A stretch of DNA of 64,000 bases from a virus, in the IMG/VR virus record IMGVR_UViG_3300047476_001426, positions 1 through 64,000 of that record, one strand, 5' to 3'. The notes under the pieces are model-generated. The model made no database searches and was not told where the DNA came from. It saw nothing but the letters and a program-made list of their open reading frames with translations. This document shows positions 1 through 8,951 of the stretch, piece after piece (positions within the stretch are counted from its first letter, which is position 1; each line of letters starts with the position of its first letter). The translations under genes and the position numbers were made by a program.

Positions 1-317
1 CCATAATATAGGTTATACAATTCTACACTTCTTTTATAATCTTGTAAAGACGTTACCAATGGAAATGGAATTCTAATAACAAAATTATCGGGTATTTCAA
101 ATTCAATACTTCCCGCTGTTGGATTAGCTTGTAATATCAACCAACCAAAAACTGGTGAACCATAATAATCTTGTGATAGTTTATCTAACCTATCTTTACC
201 TCTTTTAAAGAACATATATCTGTCGGATGGTTTTATGGGTATCTCAATACCGGGTACAATTCTAAATTTACCATCTTCCACAAAAAACTGATACCTATCA
301 AAATATTGTCTACTCAT
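1..317 (-). CDS. LysM-like baseplate wedge protein (T4 gp53/tail-X-like), 3' end runs off the window
   Basis: Not in ORF track. Manual translation from ATG at 317: MSRQYFDRYQFFVEDGKFRIVPGIEIPIKPSDRYMFFKRGKDRLDKLSQDYYGSPVFGWLILQANP...; the DRLD..S..YYG....W.I..AN pattern is typical of LysM-type wedge proteins; directly follows the stop of the 1614-aa gene. Confidence 0.65.
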   Translation of the reverse strand, partial: MSRQYFDRYQFFVEDGKFRIVPGIEIPIKPSDRYMFFKRGKDRLDKLSQDYYGSPVFGWLILQANPTAGSIEFEIPDNFVIRIPFPLVTSLQDYKRSVELYNLYY

Positions 318-320
318 TTG

Positions 321-3300
321 TTATTCTGCTCTATAAAAATTTAATTTATCATCAACACTATTTGACGTTGAAAATGTTTGATTCACTTCACTAATTATGG
401 TTGAGTTCGTTTCATCTACTGTAGATGAAATACCAAATTCTATTGTTTTACCACTTTTTCTACTTTTGAATTTCGTCAATTTAAAATTCTTCTCTTTTGG
501 TTTCTCAACAAATTTTTCTAGTCTCCTTTTTAATTGGTTCTTTAATGGAGTTTTATATAAACTAGGGTCTTTAAATTCAGACATTAGACTATCTACACTA
601 TCTGACAATAATTCTTTCATTATAAAATCAAAATCCGAAGATGTAATAGTTGGATTTAAAAAAGTAATATTTGTTGATAAATCTTCAAATAATTTTGGTG
701 TATTTGTCTCAATGTAACTAATACATGTTTCGTATTCATTGTATAATAAATCAGATGTAAAACCGCTCATGGTTATGGACTTTACAACCCCATCAGTAAC
801 TGTCGCGTCTTTAGCGTTTTTAACTACAAAATTTACTTTATCCAATGATGTAATTAATTGGTTTCTTGAATTCTCTAAATCTGATAAAAGAGCTGTAGAA
901 TCTGTTAGTTCATTTATTTTGTTTTCTATAATTTTTTCTGTTATAAATTTTTGAACTATTTTATTGGCTTCTATTAATGATGATGAGTTCGCAGGTATTT
1001 CTTTATCGAATCCTAACATGGTAGCCAAATATGTTGGAGATGAATTATTTACAAATGTCGCCAAAGCAGTTTTTAAACCAGAGGCATAAACAGTTAATTC
1101 TTGTGTTTTTTTGTGTAGTCCAAACAATGTCAATGTTTTACCAGGTGTTGGTAATGGTAATGTATACACATCGTATTTGTTTATTGGTCTATAATCACCT
1201 TTTAATAACATGGTAGTTATATCCTTACCATATTTAGTATAAACTTTATTGTATGTGGATGTAAATTTGGTGAAATAGTTCTCGGTTGAAGTAAAAACAG
1301 AACCAATTAATTCTGTATAATTCATGGTATTTCCGTTTTTAAAGGAGCCCATGTACTTACCATTTTTTATATTATTTGTGTTCTCAGTTTGTGAATTTTT
1401 ATTTATTGAGTTATTGTAAGTTTTATTCAAGTCTTCTAAAAATTCTCTCGTAAATTCTTCGGCTTTTTTACCACCAATAGTTTCGTTTGTTGCAATAGAC
1501 CTTTCATCATACATTTCAGTATTAGCAAAGAAATTAGATGAAAGTGCGTTTTGCAATCTTTCCACTGGTTTTGACAAACCTTGTCCACCGATAAAGTTTA
1601 TCGATAACGATACAGACGCAATCATAGGTTGTACACCTATTCCTTCAGGATTTAAATCCCATAGTATTTGACCACCATCATCAAAAGAAATGTTTACATC
1701 TCTAATAACAATTTTTGAGTGGTAAAAGTCTCCAACCCTCAATACACAGACAGGTGGTGGTCCAAATGATGTGTTTCGAGCCCTAACGTCTGAATCTTCA
1801 GATATTCCCTTTATTGGAATAGTATCACCCGGTCTAATACATTGTTGTAAGAAGGTTAATCGAGCGTTCAATCCTTCAGGGGTTGTTGAGTGGAAACCAG
1901 GATGAAAATATTTTAATTTTTCTTTTAAAGATGAGAAAACTATTGGGTCTGTTTCTTCCAACTTTTTAAAGTAAAAACATTCTGATAATGTTTTTGCGAT
2001 GATTCTTTTTAAAGGGTCAATAGCGGGTCTACGTGTTGGTGGGTTAACAACAACTTCACCGTTTTCTTCAATTTTTGTAACAGGTGGGGGTGGTGGTGGT
2101 GTGGTTGGTTTTGGTTTTTCCGATTTTTTATTGTACTTCAAAGAAAACGCGGTTTGTCTACAATAAAAAGCAATTGGTGAGTACACTTTTAAATCGGGTA
2201 CTTTAACGAAATCTTTATTTAAACAATCAACATCAGGATTTGGTCCTGTTAGTGATTCACCATAGTTTACTGATTCAATAACTATTTTAGTATCATGTTC
2301 AAAACCAAAATCTTTGGTACTATATTCTTTAACAACCACTATAGGTTGTCCCCTTTGTATAACTTCCTTATCATTTTCGGAATTATTTTTATTTACTAAA
2401 TTCAAATTTGTTGGCCATTTAATTTGCCATTCTTTTTTTCCACCACTAGCAGTCAATCTATCAAAAATATCTTGGATAACTGAGTGACTTCTTCTTAAGG
2501 CCAATCTTTCATTATAATCAGTTGTAGCAACTGAGGAACAAGAAGATAGAATCTGAAATTTAATAGTGTCGGCAGTCTTACCCGAAATATCCGTAATTAA
2601 ATTATTTAGTGTGGTTTCATATGTATTGAATGAAGTCTGAGCATCATCAAAATATTGACCAATTTTTGTAACTTGGAAGTTAATATCATCTTGAGTTACA
2701 ACCTTATTTTCGTCACCAAAAATAAATGATTTTTCTTTCTTTACTTGTGGGTCTGTCTGTGTTAAACCAGTTAAAGTATTTAAAGCGGAACCCAATTTTG
2801 TAATATAATCTTGTTTTCTAACTTTATATGTGTTGTAAAGTTCTGTGTAGTTTTTGGTCGTATCAAGGTCTAAACTTGGACCCGGTCTATCGTTTTCGTA
2901 TTTTAATTTAATCACAACCTCATCAACTGGTTTTGAATCGGCATCATTACCTTGAGGTGTTGTATTTGTTGGTGTTGATTCTACAGGGTACTCTGTGGTA
3001 ACTTTATATTGTTTTATAATCTCAGGATTTTGTCCTTTATTTAAAAACGATTGAATCAACTTAATGTCGTTTGTATCTAATTGTGCATATCTTCTAATTA
3101 ATGAGTAGAAATCTAATTCTTCACATCCCGCAAAAAATGCATTAATGTAGTTTTCAGATTCTTCATCTGACATTCCTTTGAAGTATTCTCTAACTAATAG
3201 GTTTAAAATACTTGGGTGGTCAACAACTACTTTAAATGAAAGTTGTCCGCTTCTTGATGTATCCTGATATGTGTATATCGGTTCGGGTCTACCTAAGAAA

Positions 3301-5165
3301 GTATTGTCTTGCCATCTTGCTTGGTTGTTTTCACTAACTTTTAAATCATATGGTGGGAACCACATAACTCTACCACCATTAGGTCCTCTTTCACAGAATG
3401 GTAAGTCATTGTACGTAAAACCAGGTGTGTTTGATGTTCTCCAAGCCAAGTTTTCAATTGAGAACATATATTTTTTAGCATAGAATCCGTCACCTGTTGG
3501 TGATTCAAATATGTTTGTTGAGTTTTTAGCACCGAATGAATTTTTGAAACTATTTTTTGCGTCATAGTTTCCACTTGACATCGGAGCAATATTAATGTTC
3601 CAAGGTCTACTGTCACCACCTAATATACTGTCATCAAATTTTCTGATGTTAGCAGTTCTTTTCATGGTGTCAGAATAATTCATATAAGACCTATCTTTTG
3701 TCCAAACTCTACAATATTCTGCACCTGTTTCTTGTTTGTATTTATCAACAAACTTAATTGCAGAACCTCTTGACAACATTGATTCACCCTCTTTGAAGAT
3801 TCTACTTGTTTGGTCAATAACGTTACCTACGTGTGTTCTCGTCGCTTGACCATCCTTAGGCATTGAGTCCAATATTTCTTGGGTTTTACCTAAAATAGAA
3901 TCTTCTCTAAATCCATATTTTGTTGAAATTGAATTATTGTAAGCATCACTTTCTCTTGATTGAAACTCTTGGTTCCATAATCCGATTTTGTTTTGTGAAT
4001 TTTTACTAATCCAAGTTAACTTACTACTTATTGGTCCGCCTTGAGATATGTTTCTTTGTCTTTCAAATAAAGCGGCTTGCGTTGGGTCAAACATCACACT
4101 CAAGAAATAACTACTCTTGACCATATTGTCATTAAAGTCGGACATTGTATATTTAACGTCTTCGCTTCTATCGTCCCCAATGTATGCAACACCTTTTGGT
4201 GCTTCTAAACCTAAAACATTTTTAATTCCACCCGCAACGTTGTTTGCGAAATTGAATAATTTTGATGATTGTTGAGACCTTGCGGTTGTTGTGTAATTTG
4301 GTGCATATGTTGAATAACTTAATTGGTCAAATAATATTTGTTTTTGACCCTCGCCCATATACTCAATCATCAAATCAGAAGGTTTTCTTCCTAATTTTGG
4401 TCTTCTTTGTATTCCGACTAAACTACCTAAAACACCTGTAACATCTTGTAATATTGCACCAGCTTCAGTTTTAGGTGATGGTCTGTTAATGATTGGGTTT
4501 TTAGGGTTACTTAAATAATCACCCGGTATTTCACTAAATGGTGACTCGATACCCGCAACTGTTTGAATAAAATCAACACCCTTTCCTAATAAACTTTTGG
4601 CAACGGTGATTTTATAATTTTTTTCAACTAAAGGTTCTCTACCTGTTACAATATTGATTGCGGTTGCGACGTTACCACCCAAAGCATCAAGAGCCCTAAC
4701 TCTACCTAAGGTAGCAGATTCTAAGTTTTGTTGTAATCTAGCAAAAACGGGACCTAATCTATTTTCTCTAATATTAGTTGTTGCAAATTTCATTAACCTC
4801 GAATCGTCATCGAAGTTTTGTCCTGCCATAATACTAACTAAATTAGTTGTTTGTGGTTCAAATGAATTAAAATACCCGTCATATAAAATACCACCATTTA
4901 ACAATGCCAAATTTGGTAATGATGTATCGGTATATTCTTCAATTGTACTGTTTGGTGGTAAATATAAATTAATAAAATTTTGACCAAAATAAACTGCCCA
5001 GTTTGTTTTAACATCACCTGGGTCAACATTTGCATAATTACTCAGACTTTGAACAGCATAATTCGCGTTAGTGAACGTTTGAGGTCCATTAGGTCTGTTT
5101 AGAGTTTTTGATATTAAAAAATCTCTAAAAGTTTTCGTACTGTTAAAATCTAAATATGTTGGCAT
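321..5165 (-). CDS. Large multidomain baseplate/tube-initiator protein with internal OmpA-like domain
   Basis: 1614 aa; two tube-initiator-like segments (FPPYDLKVSENNQARW..TFLGRPEPIYTY..TSRSGQLSF; PPVCVLRVGDFY...V.ISFD..WD....QPMIASVSLSINFIG) flank an OmpA-like YNERLALRRSHSV motif; lies between tape measure and LysM wedge gene. Confidence 0.55.
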   Translation of the reverse strand: MPTYLDFNSTKTFRDFLISKTLNRPNGPQTFTNANYAVQSLSNYANVDPGDVKTNWAVYFGQNFINLYLPPNSTIEEYTDTSLPNLALLNGGILYDGYFNSFEPQTTNLVSIMAGQNFDDDSRLMKFATTNIRENRLGPVFARLQQNLESATLGRVRALDALGGNVATAINIVTGREPLVEKNYKITVAKSLLGKGVDFIQTVAGIESPFSEIPGDYLSNPKNPIINRPSPKTEAGAILQDVTGVLGSLVGIQRRPKLGRKPSDLMIEYMGEGQKQILFDQLSYSTYAPNYTTTARSQQSSKLFNFANNVAGGIKNVLGLEAPKGVAYIGDDRSEDVKYTMSDFNDNMVKSSYFLSVMFDPTQAALFERQRNISQGGPISSKLTWISKNSQNKIGLWNQEFQSRESDAYNNSISTKYGFREDSILGKTQEILDSMPKDGQATRTHVGNVIDQTSRIFKEGESMLSRGSAIKFVDKYKQETGAEYCRVWTKDRSYMNYSDTMKRTANIRKFDDSILGGDSRPWNINIAPMSSGNYDAKNSFKNSFGAKNSTNIFESPTGDGFYAKKYMFSIENLAWRTSNTPGFTYNDLPFCERGPNGGRVMWFPPYDLKVSENNQARWQDNTFLGRPEPIYTYQDTSRSGQLSFKVVVDHPSILNLLVREYFKGMSDEESENYINAFFAGCEELDFYSLIRRYAQLDTNDIKLIQSFLNKGQNPEIIKQYKVTTEYPVESTPTNTTPQGNDADSKPVDEVVIKLKYENDRPGPSLDLDTTKNYTELYNTYKVRKQDYITKLGSALNTLTGLTQTDPQVKKEKSFIFGDENKVVTQDDINFQVTKIGQYFDDAQTSFNTYETTLNNLITDISGKTADTIKFQILSSCSSVATTDYNERLALRRSHSVIQDIFDRLTASGGKKEWQIKWPTNLNLVNKNNSENDKEVIQRGQPIVVVKEYSTKDFGFEHDTKIVIESVNYGESLTGPNPDVDCLNKDFVKVPDLKVYSPIAFYCRQTAFSLKYNKKSEKPKPTTPPPPPPVTKIEENGEVVVNPPTRRPAIDPLKRIIAKTLSECFYFKKLEETDPIVFSSLKEKLKYFHPGFHSTTPEGLNARLTFLQQCIRPGDTIPIKGISEDSDVRARNTSFGPPPVCVLRVGDFYHSKIVIRDVNISFDDGGQILWDLNPEGIGVQPMIASVSLSINFIGGQGLSKPVERLQNALSSNFFANTEMYDERSIATNETIGGKKAEEFTREFLEDLNKTYNNSINKNSQTENTNNIKNGKYMGSFKNGNTMNYTELIGSVFTSTENYFTKFTSTYNKVYTKYGKDITTMLLKGDYRPINKYDVYTLPLPTPGKTLTLFGLHKKTQELTVYASGLKTALATFVNNSSPTYLATMLGFDKEIPANSSSLIEANKIVQKFITEKIIENKINELTDSTALLSDLENSRNQLITSLDKVNFVVKNAKDATVTDGVVKSITMSGFTSDLLYNEYETCISYIETNTPKLFEDLSTNITFLNPTITSSDFDFIMKELLSDSVDSLMSEFKDPSLYKTPLKNQLKRRLEKFVEKPKEKNFKLTKFKSRKSGKTIEFGISSTVDETNSTIISEVNQTFSTSNSVDDKLNFYRAE

Positions 5166-5171
5166 TTATAT

Positions 5172-5179
5172 TATAAATA
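5172..5179 (-). promoter_or_regulatory. Putative late promoter motif TATTTATA
   Basis: Sense-strand TATTTATA 6 nt before ATG at 5165. Confidence 0.6.
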
Positions 5180-5193
5180 GAAACTTTTTATTT

Positions 5194-7140
5194 TTAATAG
5201 AATTTTGTTGGTAATGTAGTTGAGGTGTAATCAAGTTCATTTGGCAAAACAGTATTTGCAATATCATTAGCGATTGAAGGGTTATTAACTATTGCTCGTG
5301 TTGTTGCGTCAACGACCGCATCGTTTGATTTAATATTTAGGTTAATGTTTTTTGTGGTCACCTGTTGTTCACCTCCCCCAATACTTTTTACACCCTTTAA
5401 TGCATCTTGACTAATCATTCCACTTTTTTGTAGTTCTTCAAATGATTTAACCATAGGTCCTTGTGCATTTTTACCAACCTCTTTCCAAAACGCACCAAGT
5501 TCTTCTTTTCCTTGTAGTTCGGCTGTTGTTGTCTTTTTTAAATTACTTCCAAGTTTTTCTTCTAAATATTTATCAACTTGAGATAAGGGTTCTCTTAATC
5601 CACCCGCAACTCTAACCTTTGCTAAAGTCAATAATGCACTAACATCTTTTTGTATATTTTGTGTGGTTGTGTATTGGTCTCTTGCAATATCCTCAACACT
5701 CATTTTTTCAAATGCTTGTTGATTTTCTATTAAACCTTTAGCAATAGCGGGACTTAATTCATCAAGGGCAACTTTTGTGTCTTCTAAACCTAATTCTTTT
5801 GCTAAAGATTTTGGTACATCAATTACCATTTGACCCCCTTCCATTTTAGAAATGTTGGTAAGGAATTCTTTTTCTTTTTCGTCGATTTGTAAACCTGAAG
5901 ATAAAAGAGCAGTAGCCGCTGAAGACCTTTCAGATGCCTTTATTGCAGTATTAGCTAATTCTTCATAGTTCATACCGAGTTCACTGGCCAACGCTTTAGC
6001 TTTTCTCAAATTGGCACCTGAGATTTCAAATTTCCCTAACTCACTATTATATGTCGTTAAAGAACCTGCAACACCAATTAACGCGTCTTGTAATCCACCG
6101 GCATCATTTGTAGCCATATACATCAATTTAAGTGGGTCATTAAAATCTCCAATTGCACCACCTATTGCTTGTAATTCGGCAGATAACGCAATTGCTTTAT
6201 CAGGGTCCATAGCGTCATCAGCAAGTTTTAATACTGTTGACATATTCAAGTTAAACTCAATAGATTTTTGAACCATTCTTGTTAAACCTTCCACACCATT
6301 TTTAAATCCGTATGAATTTAATTTAGACATATTTTGGTCTAACTCAGATACGACTTTTCTTGCATTTAAACCTAAAGCTAATGAACTTTTACCCGCTTTA
6401 TCAATTTCTTTTATTGCGTCCTTCGCACCAATACCAACTTTTTCAAAACCATCGATAGCACCGGCTAACTTGTCCAAATCACCATAGAAAGCTCTTGCCG
6501 TTTTTTGGGATTCCTGTAAAACATCCGCACCAAATGTGGTCATTTTACCTGTATTTTCTACTAATGAAACAGCATAATTACTAACGTCCTCAAAACCAAA
6601 CGCCATTGCGGTTGCTGCGGGTAAGGTCTCAATTATGTTATTTCGAGCTTCCCTTGATAATTCACCCGTTAAACCAAGTTGTGAATTTATTTTATTTCGT
6701 AAATTAACTTCTTGTGTTAATATCTGTTGGACTCCTGTCATTACTTCCGATATACCAGCACCGGCTAAATTCATAACCACATCACCAACATTTTTTGATT
6801 GATTCATTACATCAAATAAACCCTTAGAAATTGAACTTAATTGAAATATAGTATCTTGACCACTTTCCAATGATGACATCTGATATCCAGCACCCGACCT
6901 ACTAATATCTTGGGTGCCGAGTAATCCTGTAACTGTTGATTGTGTGGCTGATGTGACCTTACCAGTACCTCCCGTTGTTTGTGTTCTAGATTGTTCTGTC
7001 GCACTATAGGCGGTCCAATAGTTATCGATTTGACCTAATAGACTGGGATTATTTTTTACCTCATCACAATCCATGAACTCTTTCTTAAAATTACTATAAG
7101 AAAGTCCTTGTTTAATATCACTAATTCTTGGTGCTGCCAT
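5194..7140 (-). CDS. Tail tape-measure-like protein
   Basis: 648 aa, Ala/Gly/Leu-rich and predicted helical; canonical position downstream of tube and chaperone genes. Confidence 0.6.
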   Translation of the reverse strand: MAAPRISDIKQGLSYSNFKKEFMDCDEVKNNPSLLGQIDNYWTAYSATEQSRTQTTGGTGKVTSATQSTVTGLLGTQDISRSGAGYQMSSLESGQDTIFQLSSISKGLFDVMNQSKNVGDVVMNLAGAGISEVMTGVQQILTQEVNLRNKINSQLGLTGELSREARNNIIETLPAATAMAFGFEDVSNYAVSLVENTGKMTTFGADVLQESQKTARAFYGDLDKLAGAIDGFEKVGIGAKDAIKEIDKAGKSSLALGLNARKVVSELDQNMSKLNSYGFKNGVEGLTRMVQKSIEFNLNMSTVLKLADDAMDPDKAIALSAELQAIGGAIGDFNDPLKLMYMATNDAGGLQDALIGVAGSLTTYNSELGKFEISGANLRKAKALASELGMNYEELANTAIKASERSSAATALLSSGLQIDEKEKEFLTNISKMEGGQMVIDVPKSLAKELGLEDTKVALDELSPAIAKGLIENQQAFEKMSVEDIARDQYTTTQNIQKDVSALLTLAKVRVAGGLREPLSQVDKYLEEKLGSNLKKTTTAELQGKEELGAFWKEVGKNAQGPMVKSFEELQKSGMISQDALKGVKSIGGGEQQVTTKNINLNIKSNDAVVDATTRAIVNNPSIANDIANTVLPNELDYTSTTLPTKFY

Positions 7141-7143
7141 ACT

Positions 7144-7151
7144 TATAAATA
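7144..7151 (-). promoter_or_regulatory. Putative late promoter motif TATTTATA
   Basis: 3 nt before ATG at 7140. Confidence 0.6.
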
Positions 7152-7295
7152 CTATTTAGGACTGTTTTCCAATTCAAGAATATATTCCACATAATATCTA
7201 CGTATAAAAATTGGCATCGTCAAAATATCACCATAACTAAAACCTTTTTTGATTAAAAATAAAATTTCGTCTAATTGACCTTTCTTATAATCCAT
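7152..7295 (-). CDS. Small tail assembly chaperone (gpT-like segment)
   Basis: ATG at 7295 gives MDYKKGQLDEILFLIKKGFSYGDILTMPIFIRRYYVEYILELENSPK; frame is open back to 7343 and overlaps the end of the upstream chaperone; sits just before tape measure. Confidence 0.5.
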   Translation of the reverse strand: MDYKKGQLDEILFLIKKGFSYGDILTMPIFIRRYYVEYILELENSPK

Positions 7296-8034
7296 AGAAA
7301 GGACGAAAAAACTCCACCCCGAAGCCGATTTCAACATCGACATCTTCTCCTGACGGGGTTTTTACTTTTTTTACTAAATCTAATCCTGGTTTATTTTCTT
7401 TGACAAATTTTTTGAAATCCTGTGAATCTTTTATTGGAAGTCTTTCTACAAAGTTGTGAATATTCATCATATCCCTATTACCCTCAACAGATTTAATCAT
7501 CATTTCCAATTGTTTGGTAACAACAGGTGCAACACCTTGTCCATTCCAACTTCGTTTTAAATCCTCCAAATCTTTTTCTTGTTTTGGTGTTAAAAACTTG
7601 AAAGTAATGTGAACTTTAGATTTTTCCATAAAATATGGGTATTCACCATTTGCATCTGATTCTAAATTAAAATCTTTGAATTTTAATTCACTCATATCAA
7701 CACTTGCCGTGTATTCTTTTTCTGTTTTCGGGTCTTGTAGATATAATTTATATTCTGGACCGAAAGCGGTATTTCTTAAAAAAATTAAAATCGCTTGTCT
7801 ATCTTCTTCAACAATATCATCAATTTGGATATCCTTATCTAAAACTTTTCTTTTTAATAGTTCTTCAATCACACCATTGGTTGCAATTAAGTTTTGTGCT
7901 GATAAGATATTTTCATCTGCAGCGGTTAGATACGCAACTTTTAATGATTTCTTTTTATTTTGATAGTGTATACCTCTTGAAGGTAATTCAACAACATCAT
8001 ACGCAATTGTTGGGTCTACTCTAAATTCATCCAT
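7285..8034 (-). CDS. Tail/baseplate-hub assembly chaperone (T4 gp26-like)
   Basis: 249 aa; VELPSRG..Y, YLTAADENIL, DRQAILIFLR..AFG..Y motifs; between tube and tape measure. Confidence 0.6.
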   Translation of the reverse strand: MDEFRVDPTIAYDVVELPSRGIHYQNKKKSLKVAYLTAADENILSAQNLIATNGVIEELLKRKVLDKDIQIDDIVEEDRQAILIFLRNTAFGPEYKLYLQDPKTEKEYTASVDMSELKFKDFNLESDANGEYPYFMEKSKVHITFKFLTPKQEKDLEDLKRSWNGQGVAPVVTKQLEMMIKSVEGNRDMMNIHNFVERLPIKDSQDFKKFVKENKPGLDLVKKVKTPSGEDVDVEIGFGVEFFRPFYGL

Positions 8035-8084
8035 ATTTTTTTATTTTATAACTAGTATAATTTACAAAAACTTATAAAAAAAGT

Positions 8085-8109
8085 AAAGGTCTCCTTTTGA
8101 GAGACCTTT
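8085..8109 (-). terminator. Intrinsic terminator after tail tube gene
   Basis: 9-bp inverted repeat AAAGGTCTC/GAGACCTTT followed by a T-run on the minus strand. Confidence 0.75.
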
Positions 8110-8134
8110 TATTGACAGATTTTTTATTATTTGA

Positions 8135-8623
8135 TTAGTAAACTAATATACATCTATCCATTCTTAATGAACAAGTAATAGATGCAATATCATCTCTTGA
8201 ATAATCTAGTTCATTGAAGTTTAAGTCGGTAATAAAGGTACCTTGAAGTATCCATTTTTCAACCACAACCCCCGTTGGGTCTAACATTTCCAATTCAATA
8301 TCTTTTTTATAGCCAGCCGCGTAACCCATACGACCTGTAACTGATTCTGCGTGTAAACGGAACCATTCCATTAACGCCTGCGCGGCTGAAGGTCCAATTG
8401 GGTCTTTGAAAGTTACTCTTATTTCGTTCCATTCAAATCTACCTGCAACATATGTTGATGTGTTGATGAACGGAATCGCAACTGAATTAATTTTTGCACT
8501 TGGTCTAGCACTTGAGGTTACATACCATTCATTGATACCTAATGATGAAGGAAATCTTAGTATGAATCGGTTAACTCTCTTCGGTTCGTAAGGAACCGGC
8601 ATTTTCATTAATAAATCTGCCAT
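8135..8623 (-). CDS. Tail tube protein (T4 gp19-like)
   Basis: 162 aa; EPKRVNRF, GRFEWNEIRVTFKD, YKKDIELEMLDPTGVVVEKWILQGTF motifs; directly downstream of sheath. Confidence 0.85.
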   Translation of the reverse strand: MADLLMKMPVPYEPKRVNRFILRFPSSLGINEWYVTSSARPSAKINSVAIPFINTSTYVAGRFEWNEIRVTFKDPIGPSAAQALMEWFRLHAESVTGRMGYAAGYKKDIELEMLDPTGVVVEKWILQGTFITDLNFNELDYSRDDIASITCSLRMDRCILVY

Positions 8624-8664
8624 GTCAATATTTGTTTTTTATTTTTTTTATTGTTAATCTTTCT

Positions 8665-8672
8665 TATAAATA
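8665..8672 (-). promoter_or_regulatory. Putative late promoter motif TATTTATA
   Basis: 41 nt upstream of tube ATG. Confidence 0.55.
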
Positions 8673-8745
8673 TCCTGTATCTGAAAAAACAAAAAAAATC
8701 TTGTTCATCCCTTGATTATGTCAAAATTATTTCGTATTTTTTCCA

Positions 8746-8845
8746 TACTAGTACTAGATGCTAGTAAATAAAGAACTAGATAAAAGAAACTAGAATAACT
8801 AGAAGCAAATAAACTAGAACTAGAATACTGGTGCATATACTGGGT
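8746..8845. repeat. Intergenic array of (A)CTAG(A) short repeats
   Basis: CTAG at 8748, 8754, 8761, 8776, 8790, 8799, 8814, 8820, then two ACTGG variants, in A-rich non-coding DNA. Confidence 0.8.
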
Positions 8846-8903
8846 AATTTATAATTTTATTTTTTTTATATTTAGTATTTCTGTGTGGAACAACTAATAT
8901 CAA

Positions 8904-8919
8904 CGTTTCACGTGAAACA
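8904..8919. promoter_or_regulatory. parS-like palindrome CGTTTCACGTGAAACA
   Basis: 15/16 match to bacterial parS consensus TGTTNCACGTGAAACA; perfect 14-bp palindrome core GTTTCACGTGAAAC; half-site GTGGAACA at 8885-8892. Confidence 0.7.
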
Positions 8920-8926
8920 TAAAATA

Positions 8927-8944
8927 GGGAGGGTTTCCCCTCCC
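8927..8944 (-). terminator. Intrinsic terminator after tail sheath gene
   Basis: Minus strand GGGAGGG-GAAA-CCCTCCC followed by TATTTT, just after sheath stop. Confidence 0.75.
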
Positions 8945-8951
8945 CTTTTTA

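Noticed and set aside
397-4983. Multiple short + strand ORFs inside the 1614-aa gene (and similar ORFs inside sheath, polB, portal, clpC)
   Set aside because: Fully nested antisense, no recognisable motifs, expected in AT-rich coding DNA
8746-8845. CTAG array as a mini-CRISPR or small ORF
   Set aside because: Repeats too short with irregular 2-11 nt spacers; longest ATG ORF is 11 codons
8884-8892. DnaA box (TGTGGAACA)
   Set aside because: Single one-mismatch copy; better explained as a parS half-site
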